Source: the human T2T-CHM13v2.0 reference genome, Homo sapiens
Strand: one strand, 5' to 3'
DNA length: 64,000 nucleotides
Assembly (NCBI RefSeq): GCF_009914755.1
Contig: NC_060928.1
The notes below the pieces were generated by a model that saw only the letters and a list, made by a program, of their open reading frames with translations, was not told the DNA's origin and did no database searches. Position 1 is the stretch's first letter; every line of letters begins with the position of its first letter. A program made the position numbers and the translations under genes. This document shows positions 28,351-40,903 of this stretch, piece by piece.

Positions 28351-31300
28351 ATAATTTGACTTTGCCATTATTTTCTATGGGTATTCAGCTGCTAGTACAA
28401 ATAGTGTTTATTTTATCTTTTAATATATTGAACATATAGTCAAAACCTTATCTCACTTTTGCATGTCAGAGAAGGAAATATGTAAATATATTTCTGTGAT
28501 TTTAGAAAATATCTCCTGGTTTACAGATATATTTAAAACAGAAGCTGATGATGTCAGTCATTCTTTCTAACTAATATTGCTCATTTAGCTTAATTCTCAA
28601 GTTCTTCTAATAATTAAACCTTGGGTAATAAATGATTTTTTTCATTTTGGCGAGTAGTACAAGTAATATATTTTCTCATAATACAAATTGAGGGAATTAA
28701 TAGAAGAGTGAAGAATTTAATAGTCACATAAGTTTATAATTTGTGATACATCTAATAGTAGTGAACTTTTAATTTGTTTTTTGGAAATTTGTGTCTACAA
28801 GATGTTATTGCATGCAAACTTGTTGAAACCCAATATAGGACAAATAGGGGTTTGAAGATAAGATACAAATTTTGGAGGACTTAATAAGATAGGTCACAAA
28901 TATCACCTAAAATGTTTCTTCATTTGGGCTATTTTCATTTTATCATCTTTTCCTCATGACTGAGATCAGAGATTATAGCTCCAAGACAACTGCCATGTTA
29001 ATTGCTCAGTCCTCAGGATGTAGAATGCTTACTGGCTCATGGTGTGGACACAAACAACATTTGTTAAATGGATAGAAACAGGTGAGTCTAGTGTCCTGTT
29101 CACAGGGTCATGGGGTCATGAAGCAAAGACAGACTTTCCTGCTTATTCCAACTTTAAAAATTGAAGGAGGACAGCTGCCAGTCTTGCCCAGTTCACATTC
29201 TTACTCCTGAGGTCTGGAGGGGCTGTAAAAAGTCGGGTAGGAAAAAGCTGCTAGGGAGACATAACAACAAACACAGAGAACTACTGTAAAGTACATGTAG
29301 ATGTGCCCCTGCCATTTCCCAGTGTTTGTTCAATAACAAAAATACACAGAAGCCCAGTTGGAAGTACTAAGTGTGAGTAATGCAATTTTCCCTGGGGAAA
29401 AGCATAAGCTGCATTCTCCCAGCAGGGGAAAATTAATTCTGAGTCATTTGGATGTTGTTTTCCATAGCATCTCTTTGAATCACTAAACTTCTCTAATAGT
29501 ACTGAGTTCTCTCCTCTGGTATTTCTAATCATTTCTAAAAGTTTCTAGAAATGTTGGTGAAGTGGCATAGAATGTAAAATTTCAAGTTATGCAGCAGATA
29601 CCTAATGATGGAGCTAAGTTACATTTCAAGCCCTGAAATATGCTATTTGGCTTCAAGTGGCTTTATTTTTTAAAATGTATCAAAATGTGGATGATCTTTC
29701 AAATATTAACACCAAGGTACTGAAAAAGGAACCCAAATGGGAAAGCTAGAAAGCAGTTAAGCTTGCTCTGGGAACAAAATAAGTAGAAAAGATAAAGACT
29801 TCAATCCTATCTTTTAAAAAGCTATCACTCTAAAATGAAAGTAGATGTTTTCCAAATCTTTCTACTTTTCTCCTACCTTCAACTTCTCAACTCTAATTAT
29901 TACAAAACAAATCTTTTGTGGTTATCTATGGAATGATTAGAAATACATATATTTTTGTTGTTAATGAGTCTGTACTTGTTATAAATATGACAAATTCTTA
30001 TTATTACATCAAAAAAGTTATATTTTAAATTACTCTTGACACATTTTAATGATGTTCTACATTGTTCTTAATGAAGGTCAGGCCCGTGAGATAATGTGCT
30101 ATTATTGACTGAATTCTAGCTATTTTGTCTGAGATATACATTTGACAAGAATACTGCTTCAGAAGAAGCAATTCATTTACATAGAAAATGTTTTGATATA
30201 AGCAAACCAAAGCATGTCTGCATCCAAATTTAGAAATGTGTTGGTGGATTGATAGTTTCATTTAGTCGGGAAAGAGAGAGAGAGAGAGAGTATTCATATT
30301 CTCTCAGGCTCAGATGACAAAGAAAAAATGTATTTTGTAATGGAGGATATTTGTTGTTATCACTTGATCTTTTTCCCATTTATTTTACTTATATTTTTGT
30401 GTTTTGTAACTACTTAATCATTTAGTTGATCACTCAGCAAGAACACTACACTTACCATTCTATAGGTATTTTCTTATTTAAACCTCACAAAACATTAAAG
30501 ATAATTTTGATGTTTTCCTATGAGAAAGCAGAAGTTTTGAATCTCAACAAGTTTTTAAGTGACAAAGCCAGGCTAAATTAAAATATATGACCATTAATTG
30601 AACCAATATACTATCTAGCCTAGAATGAAAAAGTAAAGTAGGTGGGTCAAATTATTTTTCCCTTTTCAAAATAAAATAATCAGAAGTTATGTACATAATT
30701 TACAGACTTATTTATGCATTATTCACATCTATATCACTTTTGGGAACATATGAGAAAACATTTTAAATAATATACAACTTATGTAGTGAAACTGTGAGCT
30801 AAAATAAATTATGTTCATTTTAGATTGTATATGTAGAAGAAATCTGGCAGTTGAATAATTTTTCCATAAATCTAATCAATACGCAAAGCAAATTAAAATT
30901 CTTTAGTTAGAATTCATATGAGCAATTGATTTACTTTTTTTATTTCAACTCTGGAAAGCAGCCTAAATCAGGGTGGAATTTATAAATTGAATGCCCTTTG
31001 AGTGGTTATAGATACCCTAGACCAGTTCCTGTATTTTGTTCAATCCTAATAGAGCTTTCTTACAGCTCATTAAATTTGTTGTTTTTCTTGATTCATTTTG
31101 ATTCTCAAAACTGAACTTGATTTACTTCAATGTGTTCTCAGAGAGCATGGAAAGGGCAAGAAATTTTCCGGGAACTTTTGCTCATTACAACCAATTGAAA
31201 CTAATCAGTCAATTGCTACCTGATTCATAACCAACAACACTGATTGGCTTACAGCTTTTACAAAGAGAAAAAGAAAGAGAGAATTAAAGGGAAGTTCTAA

Positions 31301-31802
31301 AGGGAGAGAATTAAAGGAAAATAGGTTCAATTTCTCTACTAATCCCACATGCATATGCCTCTGTGGCTCTACAACACATGACAGTCATCACCATTGCAGT
31401 GTACCCAGAAGTGATGAATGAAAAGATGGAAGTTATTTTAATAAAAAAAAATTCTAAATACAATCAGTGGTACATTCTATTCATTTTTCTATAGTCTTAT
31501 TTACCCTTTAGGATATATTGAAATATTTGTTGATAGGAGGTAAATTGAAAATTGAGTCTAAGTGAGTAGAGAGTATGCCTTCGGTATTCCCTGCCATGTG
31601 TATTAAACCATGAGGCTTTTGCCTCAGACCTGAAGGGCCACAAATACCGAGAAGAGTAGAGTGACTTAGAGAGGCAAGGAAGGAGCAATATCTGGTCTTT
31701 CTCCTTCGAGGCTTTGGAAGAGGAATAAATTATTTCAGTGTGCTACACACAGTTTAATCAATTAATCTATGTGCCTTACAAACCCAATATAACAAATTAA
31801 AG

Positions 31803-32213
<411 letters not shown>

Positions 32214-33344
32214 TTACCTTCTGATGCTCAGTATTCCCACAGTGAGACTGAGCTCACACTGTGCTTACTTATTGCCTTTTCTCATAGGGAATCCACACAT
32301 AGAGACATACACTTGCATTATGGTCTAATTTTATCAAATAGCAATAGAAAGGCATATTCTCTAAATACATTAAAATTATGTTTGTCTTTAGAAATTAATT
32401 CAGAAAATTATACCTGTACCTCTCTGCTGTCTGATAGAGAGATACAAGACATTTATCTCCCTTGTTTTTATTCATCTATTATTTCACAATTTTTAGAAAG
32501 TCTCTTATGTAATATATTTGGAAATACCCATCCATTCCAAAATAAAGAGGTCTTAAATAAACCTAAGTGCATTTTTGAAAAGAGCATAATAAAAATCTAC
32601 AGCTAAACTAGGTAGAAATCACTCCTTAAAGTTTAACGAAGTTTTTGGTTTTTCCAAAAGTATTATTTGGACAATGAATTACCAGGTGCAAATAGAGGTT
32701 GTTATTGACACACACATCTAATTTTTTTTCTCTTGTAATCCAAACTACAAAAAAAAAACTACAAAAAAACCACAATTCTGATTGCACTTCCGTTTGCAGC
32801 TGTACTGAGACTGATTACTGGAACTCTCACGTCCAGCTTCATCACCACTGGCAGGCCTGGAGGGGAGATCTTTTTCCAATTCCATGAAATGCTCCAACAG
32901 AATCTACCTTCTAGTTTTATGTTCCCAAACCCCTTTTCATGGTCCCTTATTTTATCTTGCTGTACTGAATATTTCATTTTAAAAAGAGCAGTAGTGGATG
33001 ATTGCTTTTAGGCTCATCTAGCCAAGCGTTTTCTGGCTGTTCATTTTTCAGTAAAGCAGGAGAAAATGCACTTTCTGGTAATAAAGAGGAGTGTTTTCCT
33101 TTCTTTTTATGTCATCACTTTTGCTTATGTCTAAGAATACTGAGTGGTCACACTTTCTCACATTCAGTTTTATTAATGATTTCATCATATAAACACTGTA
33201 CAAATGGTTGGCATTAAATATGTATATACACCAAAATAAGGATGATAACTTCAAGAGAAAAATAAGATTATACATGCATGAAGGCAGGTCCTATTAGGAA
33301 ATATTCTATATCCATATTTCCCATCATTCTGCAAGGGAGAGAAA

Positions 33345-33592
33345 CAGAGGTCATATATAGTGATAATAAGCATGTGCTGGAATCAGATCCTCTGGTTTTC
33401 ATTCCTGGCTCTGCCACTTATTTGCCATGTAAACTTGAGCAAGTTATTTCAATTTTCTATCCTTCAATTCCTTCATTTGTAAAACTGAGAAAAGTACTAA
33501 TCTCAGAGGGTTAGAATGAAGAGTAAATTAAGGACTTAGGGCACAGCAGGTAGTCTTCGAAAACGATTAAGTATTAGATAAATGTTAGATGC
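33345..33592 (+). mobile_element. MIR SINE
   Basis: CTGGAATCAGA..TCCTGGCTCTGCCACTTA..CTTGAGCAAGTTA..TTCCTTCATTTGTAAAA. Confidence 0.85.
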
Positions 33593-33839
33593 TGTGCCTA
33601 TAGTATGGATAAGGAGTTACCAAATAAATGCTTCAGAAATAAACGACTTCTGAAGAGTGGATTTATTGCTTGCTGTTCCCAAAAGAATGTACCATACATG
33701 AAGAATATATCTGTTTGTTCCATTTACTTTGGTTTTTCTGGTATCTAGAACAGTCCTTAGACCTGTAATTGGTGTTCAATATTTTTTGATTGACTGAATA
33801 AAAGAATGAATGACGGATGGTTATCTGAAAGAGAGCACG

Positions 33840-33922
33840 TATACATGTATACACACACACATTCATATATATATACACATATGTGTACACACACAGATAT
33901 ATACACAGATGCAACATATATA
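33840..33922. repeat. Mixed (CA)/(TA) microsatellite
   Basis: Direct read. Confidence 0.85.
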
Positions 33923-35089
33923 GGGTAATTTATTTTCTATGAAAAATAATGTCATTAATACAGCTACTAACTAATAATCAATTAGCTTCCTTAGTTTAAA
34001 AACTTAAGGATAATTTTGCGTGAAGAAAAATAAGGACAGGCAAGCAGATGTTAATTAATAAATCTAAACACCTAAGAAGACTTTATGATCAGAGGGCTTT
34101 AACACTGTGGAAAGGACATATAAACAAGTGCCACAGGCCTGAAATCCTGTTCTTAACTCTGTTACAAAATCTTAGTTAATGTACTTAACTCTGAAACTCT
34201 GTTTTCTATTAAATAATATGCTGATTTCACTACATTGCTGAAATAATTATATAATTTGAATTTGTTCTTCTAATTGATTTTTGATTAGCTAGAATTAAAG
34301 AACTTCTTTTTCTTCTCTACTCACACTGCTTGGCAAGAAATTTATAGTGCTTTCCACTCTAAAAGCGTCATAAGATTTGTAAATTGCCTATCAGCAGGGC
34401 TTGTCGACCCATTAGGATCTAGGTTAAGATATACTGTACTTCTATTTGATTGTTCTCTTATTAACTTATATTAATTTACAAGTTAATTGATATCTATTCT
34501 ATGCTCTTTTCTATGGAAAAACCTAAAGTCCTTCCTAGAAATTCTATAAATTCCTCAAACTGTCATTTTTTTGTCATATTTTTGATTACTTCTTGCTACT
34601 TCTGTGTTTCTGTCTCCACTCATGCATCTTGCAGCTGTTGCTTTATGTTTACTGCTGTGTCAACCCAAATATGGACTCAGCCCTTTCCTTTAATTCCCTC
34701 CAAAAGCCTAAACACATGAGTCTTTTGTGAAATTGTTCAACATTTCTGAAGAGATAGAAGCCATAAATTATAACATAGGGACACAGGCTGGTTAATATTG
34801 AATGCCTGATTTTCTTGTGTTAAAAAAAAATCTTTTTATCCTTTTCTTTTTATGCGGCTCCGTGTATCTCTTTCAGCTTTCCTATTCTCTCCAGCCTGAA
34901 ATGCCCTGTCGCTGGTAATGCCCATCAATGTAATTGTTTTTTTGGAGTCATTTCTCCTGCTACTCCGTTCTCACAAGCAAGCTTCCTTCTAACTAATTCT
35001 CCTCATTAAGATGTTTTCCTGAAAATGATAGTTTTTTTTCATAAAATATTTTGTTACTAACAATTATTATGCACCTCCAAAATCTGGTC

Positions 35090-35435
35090 AAGCACACTCA
35101 CTTTTCTGGGACAATGAGATGTGAGAAAAAGTGATATACTTAACCAGTTTGTTATGCCTTAAAGTAGACGGATATAACTTCTCTTTCACCTTTACCCTTT
35201 CTCCTTCCTGCATGTTCATTGCCAGATGTGGTGGTCATCTGTTGTAGACCTCATAAGAAAGGGATGACATATTATAAAATAGAAGTATTTTGATCTCTAA
35301 TGCTTCTGAAAAGCAGAACTACATACCATACAAACTTGGACTTCTTTGTGAAAAAATAATGTGCTTCTATTTGATTGTTCTCTTATTAACTTAGGTGTAT
35401 ATTCCATGTTATGAACTTATATCATACTAATTTAC
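35090..35435 (+). mobile_element. Old MLT1-type MaLR LTR
   Basis: CAATGAGATGTGAG, TTCTCCTTCCTGC, GGTCATCTG, TGGACTTCTTTGTGAAAAAATAA. Confidence 0.55.
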
Positions 35436-36392
35436 TAATTAATCCTTTTCTTGTTTTGATATAAAATAGTTGTACATATTTATGAGTATACATGATATTT
35501 TGATACACATACAATGTATATCGATCAAATCAGGATAAATATGATATTCACTGCTTCAAACATTGATCATTTGTGTTGAAAATATTTCAAATTTTCTCTT
35601 CCAGCTATTTTGAAGAGCACGATAAATAATTCTTAACTATAGTCACCCTACTGTTCTATGTAACACTAGAACTTATTCCTTCTATCTAACTGTATGTTTT
35701 ACTCATTAAACAACCTTTCTTTATCACTCTCCCCACTCCACACACCCCGCCACCAATGTTTCCAGCCATGGGTAACCATCGTTCTATTCACTACCTTCAT
35801 GAAATCCATTTTTTTAGTTCCTGCGTATGAATGAGAACATGCAATATTTGTTTTTCTGTGTCTGGCTCATTTTACATTAAATAATGACCTCCAGTTTCAT
35901 CCATGTCGATGCAAATGATAGAATATCACTCTTTTTATGGTTTAATAATATTCCATTATGCATATATAGCACATTTCTTCATTCATCCATTGATGGACAC
36001 TTAGTTTGATTTCATGTCTTGGCTATTGTGAATAGTGCTGCAGTAAACATGGCATGCAGGTAACTTTTGGTAGAAGGATTTCTATTATTTTGGATAAATA
36101 TCCAGTAGTGTGATTGCTGTATCATATGGTATATCCATTATTAGTTTTTTGAAGGACCTCCATACTGTTTTCCATAGTGACTATAATAATTTACATCCCA
36201 CCAGCAGTCTACTAGAGTTTTTCTTTCTTTGCATACTTGCCAGCATCTATTAATTTTTGTCTTTTTAATAATAGCCATTTTAACTGGGATGAGACAAAGT
36301 CTCATTGTGGTTAGAATTTGTATATCCCTGATGATTACTGATGTTAAGCATTTTTTCATATGCCTGTTGGCCATTTGTATGTCTTCTTTTAA

Positions 36393-36752
<360 letters not shown>

Positions 36753-39700
36753 ATTTTTTTGCTATTGAGTTGAGTTCCTACATATTCTGGTTTTTTAAAC
36801 TTTGTTGGGTGGATAGTTTGCAAATATTTTCTCCTATTCTGTAAGTTGTATTTGCACTTCATTGATTATTTCTTTTGCTGTGCAGAAGCTTCATAGCTTG
36901 ATATAATTTTATTTGTCTATATTTGCTTTTGTTGCTTGTAGTGTAGAGGTGTTACCTAAAAAATCTTTGCCCAGACCAATAAACTGAAAGTATTTTCCAA
37001 TATTTACTTTTAGTAGTTTCATAGTTTGGGGGCTTAGATTTAAGTGTTCAATTCATTTTGATTTGAAATCTGTTTACGGTGACATAGAGGGCTATAGTTT
37101 CATTCTTCTGCATGTAGTTATCCAGTTTTTCCACCACCATTTATTCAAGAGACTGTCTTTTTCACACTAATTTTTTTGGTAGCTTTGTTGAAAATCAGTT
37201 GGCTGAAAAAGCAAAGACTTATATCTGGACTCTCTATTCTGTTCCATTGATTTATATGTCTGTTTATATGCCAGTACTAAACTATTGTGATTACTATGGC
37301 TTTGTAGTATATTTTGAAGTCAGGTGAGGAAATGCTTCCATATTTGTTCTTTTTGCTCAGGATTGCTTTTGCTATTGGGGTATTATGTGGTTTTATATAA
37401 ATTTTAGGATGTTTTTATATCTGTGAAGAATGTTGTTGGTATTTTAATAGGGATTGCATTGAATCTATAGATTGCTTTTGGTAGTATAGTCATTTTCACA
37501 ATATTAACTCTTCCAATTTATGAAGATGGGATGCCCTTCCATTATTTTTGTGACTTCTACAAGTTCTTTCAACAGTATTTTATAGTTTACTTTGTAAGAT
37601 CTTTCACCTCTTTGGTTGAATTCATTTCTAGGTATTTTAATTCTTTTCTTATATCTATCATAAATGGGATCTCCTTCTTGATTTCTTTTTCTGCTAGATC
37701 ATTATTGGTGTATAAAAATGCTACTGATTTTTGTATGTTAATTTTGTGTCCTGTAACTTTATTGAATATACGTATTAGTTCTAACAGTTTTTGATGGCAT
37801 TTTCGGGATTTTTTTTATTTATAAGATCATATTTTCTGCAAACATATTTTGGAAAAGGAAAGGAAGGGACTAAAGAACATCTATTTGGAAAGGTGGAAGA
37901 TTATATTTTGAGCTCCACCTTTCCAAATGGATGCTCTTTATTTTTTTCCCTTGACTAATTGTTCTGATTGGGACTTCCAGTACTATGTTAAATGAGAGTG
38001 GTGAAAGTGTTGATCATTACCTTGGAGGTCTTTTTCAAGTTCTTGGAGGAAAAGCTTTCAGTTTCTCACCATTCAGTACAATGTTAGCTGTGAGTTTGTC
38101 TTACATGGTCTTTATTGTGTTGAGATATGTTCCTTCTATATATAGTTTGTTGAGAGTTTTTATAATGAAGGGATTTTGAATGTATAAAATAGTTTTTTTT
38201 GCATTTACAGATATGATCACTTTTTGTCCTTTATTTGGTTGGTGTGATGTTTAACATTTGTTGATTTATGAATGTTTAATCATTTTTGCATCCCTGAATA
38301 AATCCACTTGATCATGGTGAATAATCTTTTTAATGTACTGTTGGATTTTGTTTGCTAATATTTTGTTAGAGATTTTTGCATCTATGTTCATCAAAAATAT
38401 TGGTGAATAGTTTTCTTTTTCATTGTGTCCTTTTCTGGTTTAGTGAACACAGTGATGTTGGCCTCATAGAATGAGTGTCGAAGGATTTCCTCCTCTTTAA
38501 TATTCTGGAAGACTTTGAGAAGAATTGATGTAAGTTCTTTTTTAAATGTTTGATAGAATTCAGCAGTGAAGTCATCAGGTCCTGAGCTTTCCTTACATGA
38601 TAAACTTTTTTTTCATGATAAATTTTTTTTCATGATAAACTTGTTATAGTGATTCAATCTTTTTACCTAAAATGTACCTTTTTGGTTTATCTATTTCTTC
38701 TTGGTTCAATCTTGGTAGGTTGTGTGTGTCCAGGAATTTTTTTTTTATTTCTGTAAGGTTTTCCAATTACTGAAATACATTTGTTCAAAATAATCTCTAA
38801 TGATCTTTTGTATTTCTGTGGTATCATTTGTAATGCCCTTTTTTTTGTTTCCATGTTTACTTATTTGTATCTCCTCTTTTTTCTTAATTAGTCTGGCTAA
38901 TGTTTTGTTGATTTTATCTTTTTTTAAAAAGCAACTCTTTGTTTTGTTGATCCATTGTATTTTTGTCTCAATTTTATTTCTACATTGATCTTTATTATTT
39001 CTTTTCTTCTACTAATTTTGAGCTTGGTTTGTTTTTGCCTTTCTAGTTTCATGAGAGGCATCACTAGATAGTTTATATGGAATCTTTCTATTCTTTGTTG
39101 TAGGCATTATTGCTATAAACCGCCCCCTTAATACTGTTTTTGATGTATTTCTTAGGTTTTGATATGTTGTGTACATCTTTTTGTTTGAAGAAATTTTTAT
39201 AATTTTCTTATTAATTTCTTCCTTAATCCATTAACCATTCAAGAGCATGCTGTTTAATTTCCATGTATTTATGCAGTTTGAAAATTACTTATTATTAGTG
39301 ATTTCTAGTTTTATTTCACTGTAATTAAAAAAAATACTTGTTATAATTTCATTTCTTTTAACTTTGTTGAGACTTACTTTATGGCCTAGCATTTGGTCTA
39401 TCCTGGAGCATGCTCCTTGTGCTGATGAAAAAAATGTGCATTCTGCAGCAGTTTGATGTAATGTTCTGTAAATGTTTGTTCGCTTCATTTGGTATAAAGT
39501 GCAGTTTCAATCCAATGTCTCTTTTGTAAGTTTCTATCTAGATGATCTGATCAGTGCTGAGACTGGGGTGTTAAAGTTCCCAAATATGCCTGCATTGGAG
39601 CCTATATACTCCATGAGATCAAAAAATATTTTCTTTTTATATCTGGGTGCTCTAGTGTTGGGTGCATATATATTTATAATTGTTATATCCTCTTATTGAA

Positions 39701-40613
39701 TTGATCCCTTTATCGTTATATAGTATCTTTCATTTCCTTTTTTCTTTCATAGTTTTGACTTAGATTTCATAATATCTGATCTAAGAATAGCTACTCCTTT
39801 TAACTTTTGGTTGTCATTTGTATGGAATATCTTTTTTCAGTTTATATATGTTTTTATAGGTGAAGTGAGTGTTTTGTAGGCAGCATATGCTTCAGTTATG
39901 TTGTTTGGCCATTTAGCCATTCTACATCTTTTAAGTGGGGAATTTAATTTATTTACATTCAAGATTATTGTTGATGGGTGAGTAGTTTATCTTCTTACTT
40001 TGTTAATTGTTTTCTGGTTGTTTTGTATAACCTTTGTTTGTTTCTTTCTCTTATTGTTTATCATTGCAGTTTGGTGGTTTTTGGTAGTAATAAGGTTTGA
40101 TTGCTTTTTCTTTCTTCTTTGTATATCTGCTCTACCAGTGAGTTGTATACTTTCGCATGTCCTCATGATGGTGATTTTCATCTTTTCACTTTGAGATGCA
40201 GGGCTCCTATTAGCATTCCTTAAAAGGCCAGTCTATTAGTGACAAATCTCTTAAGTTTCTGCTTGTATGGGAATTTCTCCTTCAGTATTTTGAATATATC
40301 ATTCTATTATCTCCTGGCCTATATAGTTTCTGTTTAAAAATCTGCTATTAGCCTAATAAAAATTCCTTTATATGTGACATGATGCTTTTGTCTTGCTATT
40401 TTAAAAATTATCTTTGTCTTTTGAAAAATTAGCTATAACGCGCCTCAGGAAGGATGATTTTTAATTTAATCTACTTTGAGAAATTTGAGTTTTCTCAATC
40501 TGGATGTTCATATCTCTCCTCAGATTGGAGATGTTTTCAGCTATTATTTCATTATATAATAATTTTAAAAGATATAATTTTTTAAAAATATTATTTTATA
40601 AATAAAAAAATAC

Positions 40614-40903
<290 letters not shown>

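Noticed and set aside
29011-29087. Possible exon TCCTCAG|G ... CAG|GTGAGT
   Set aside because: It lies in a decayed L2-like tail with a weak pyrimidine tract; no other support.
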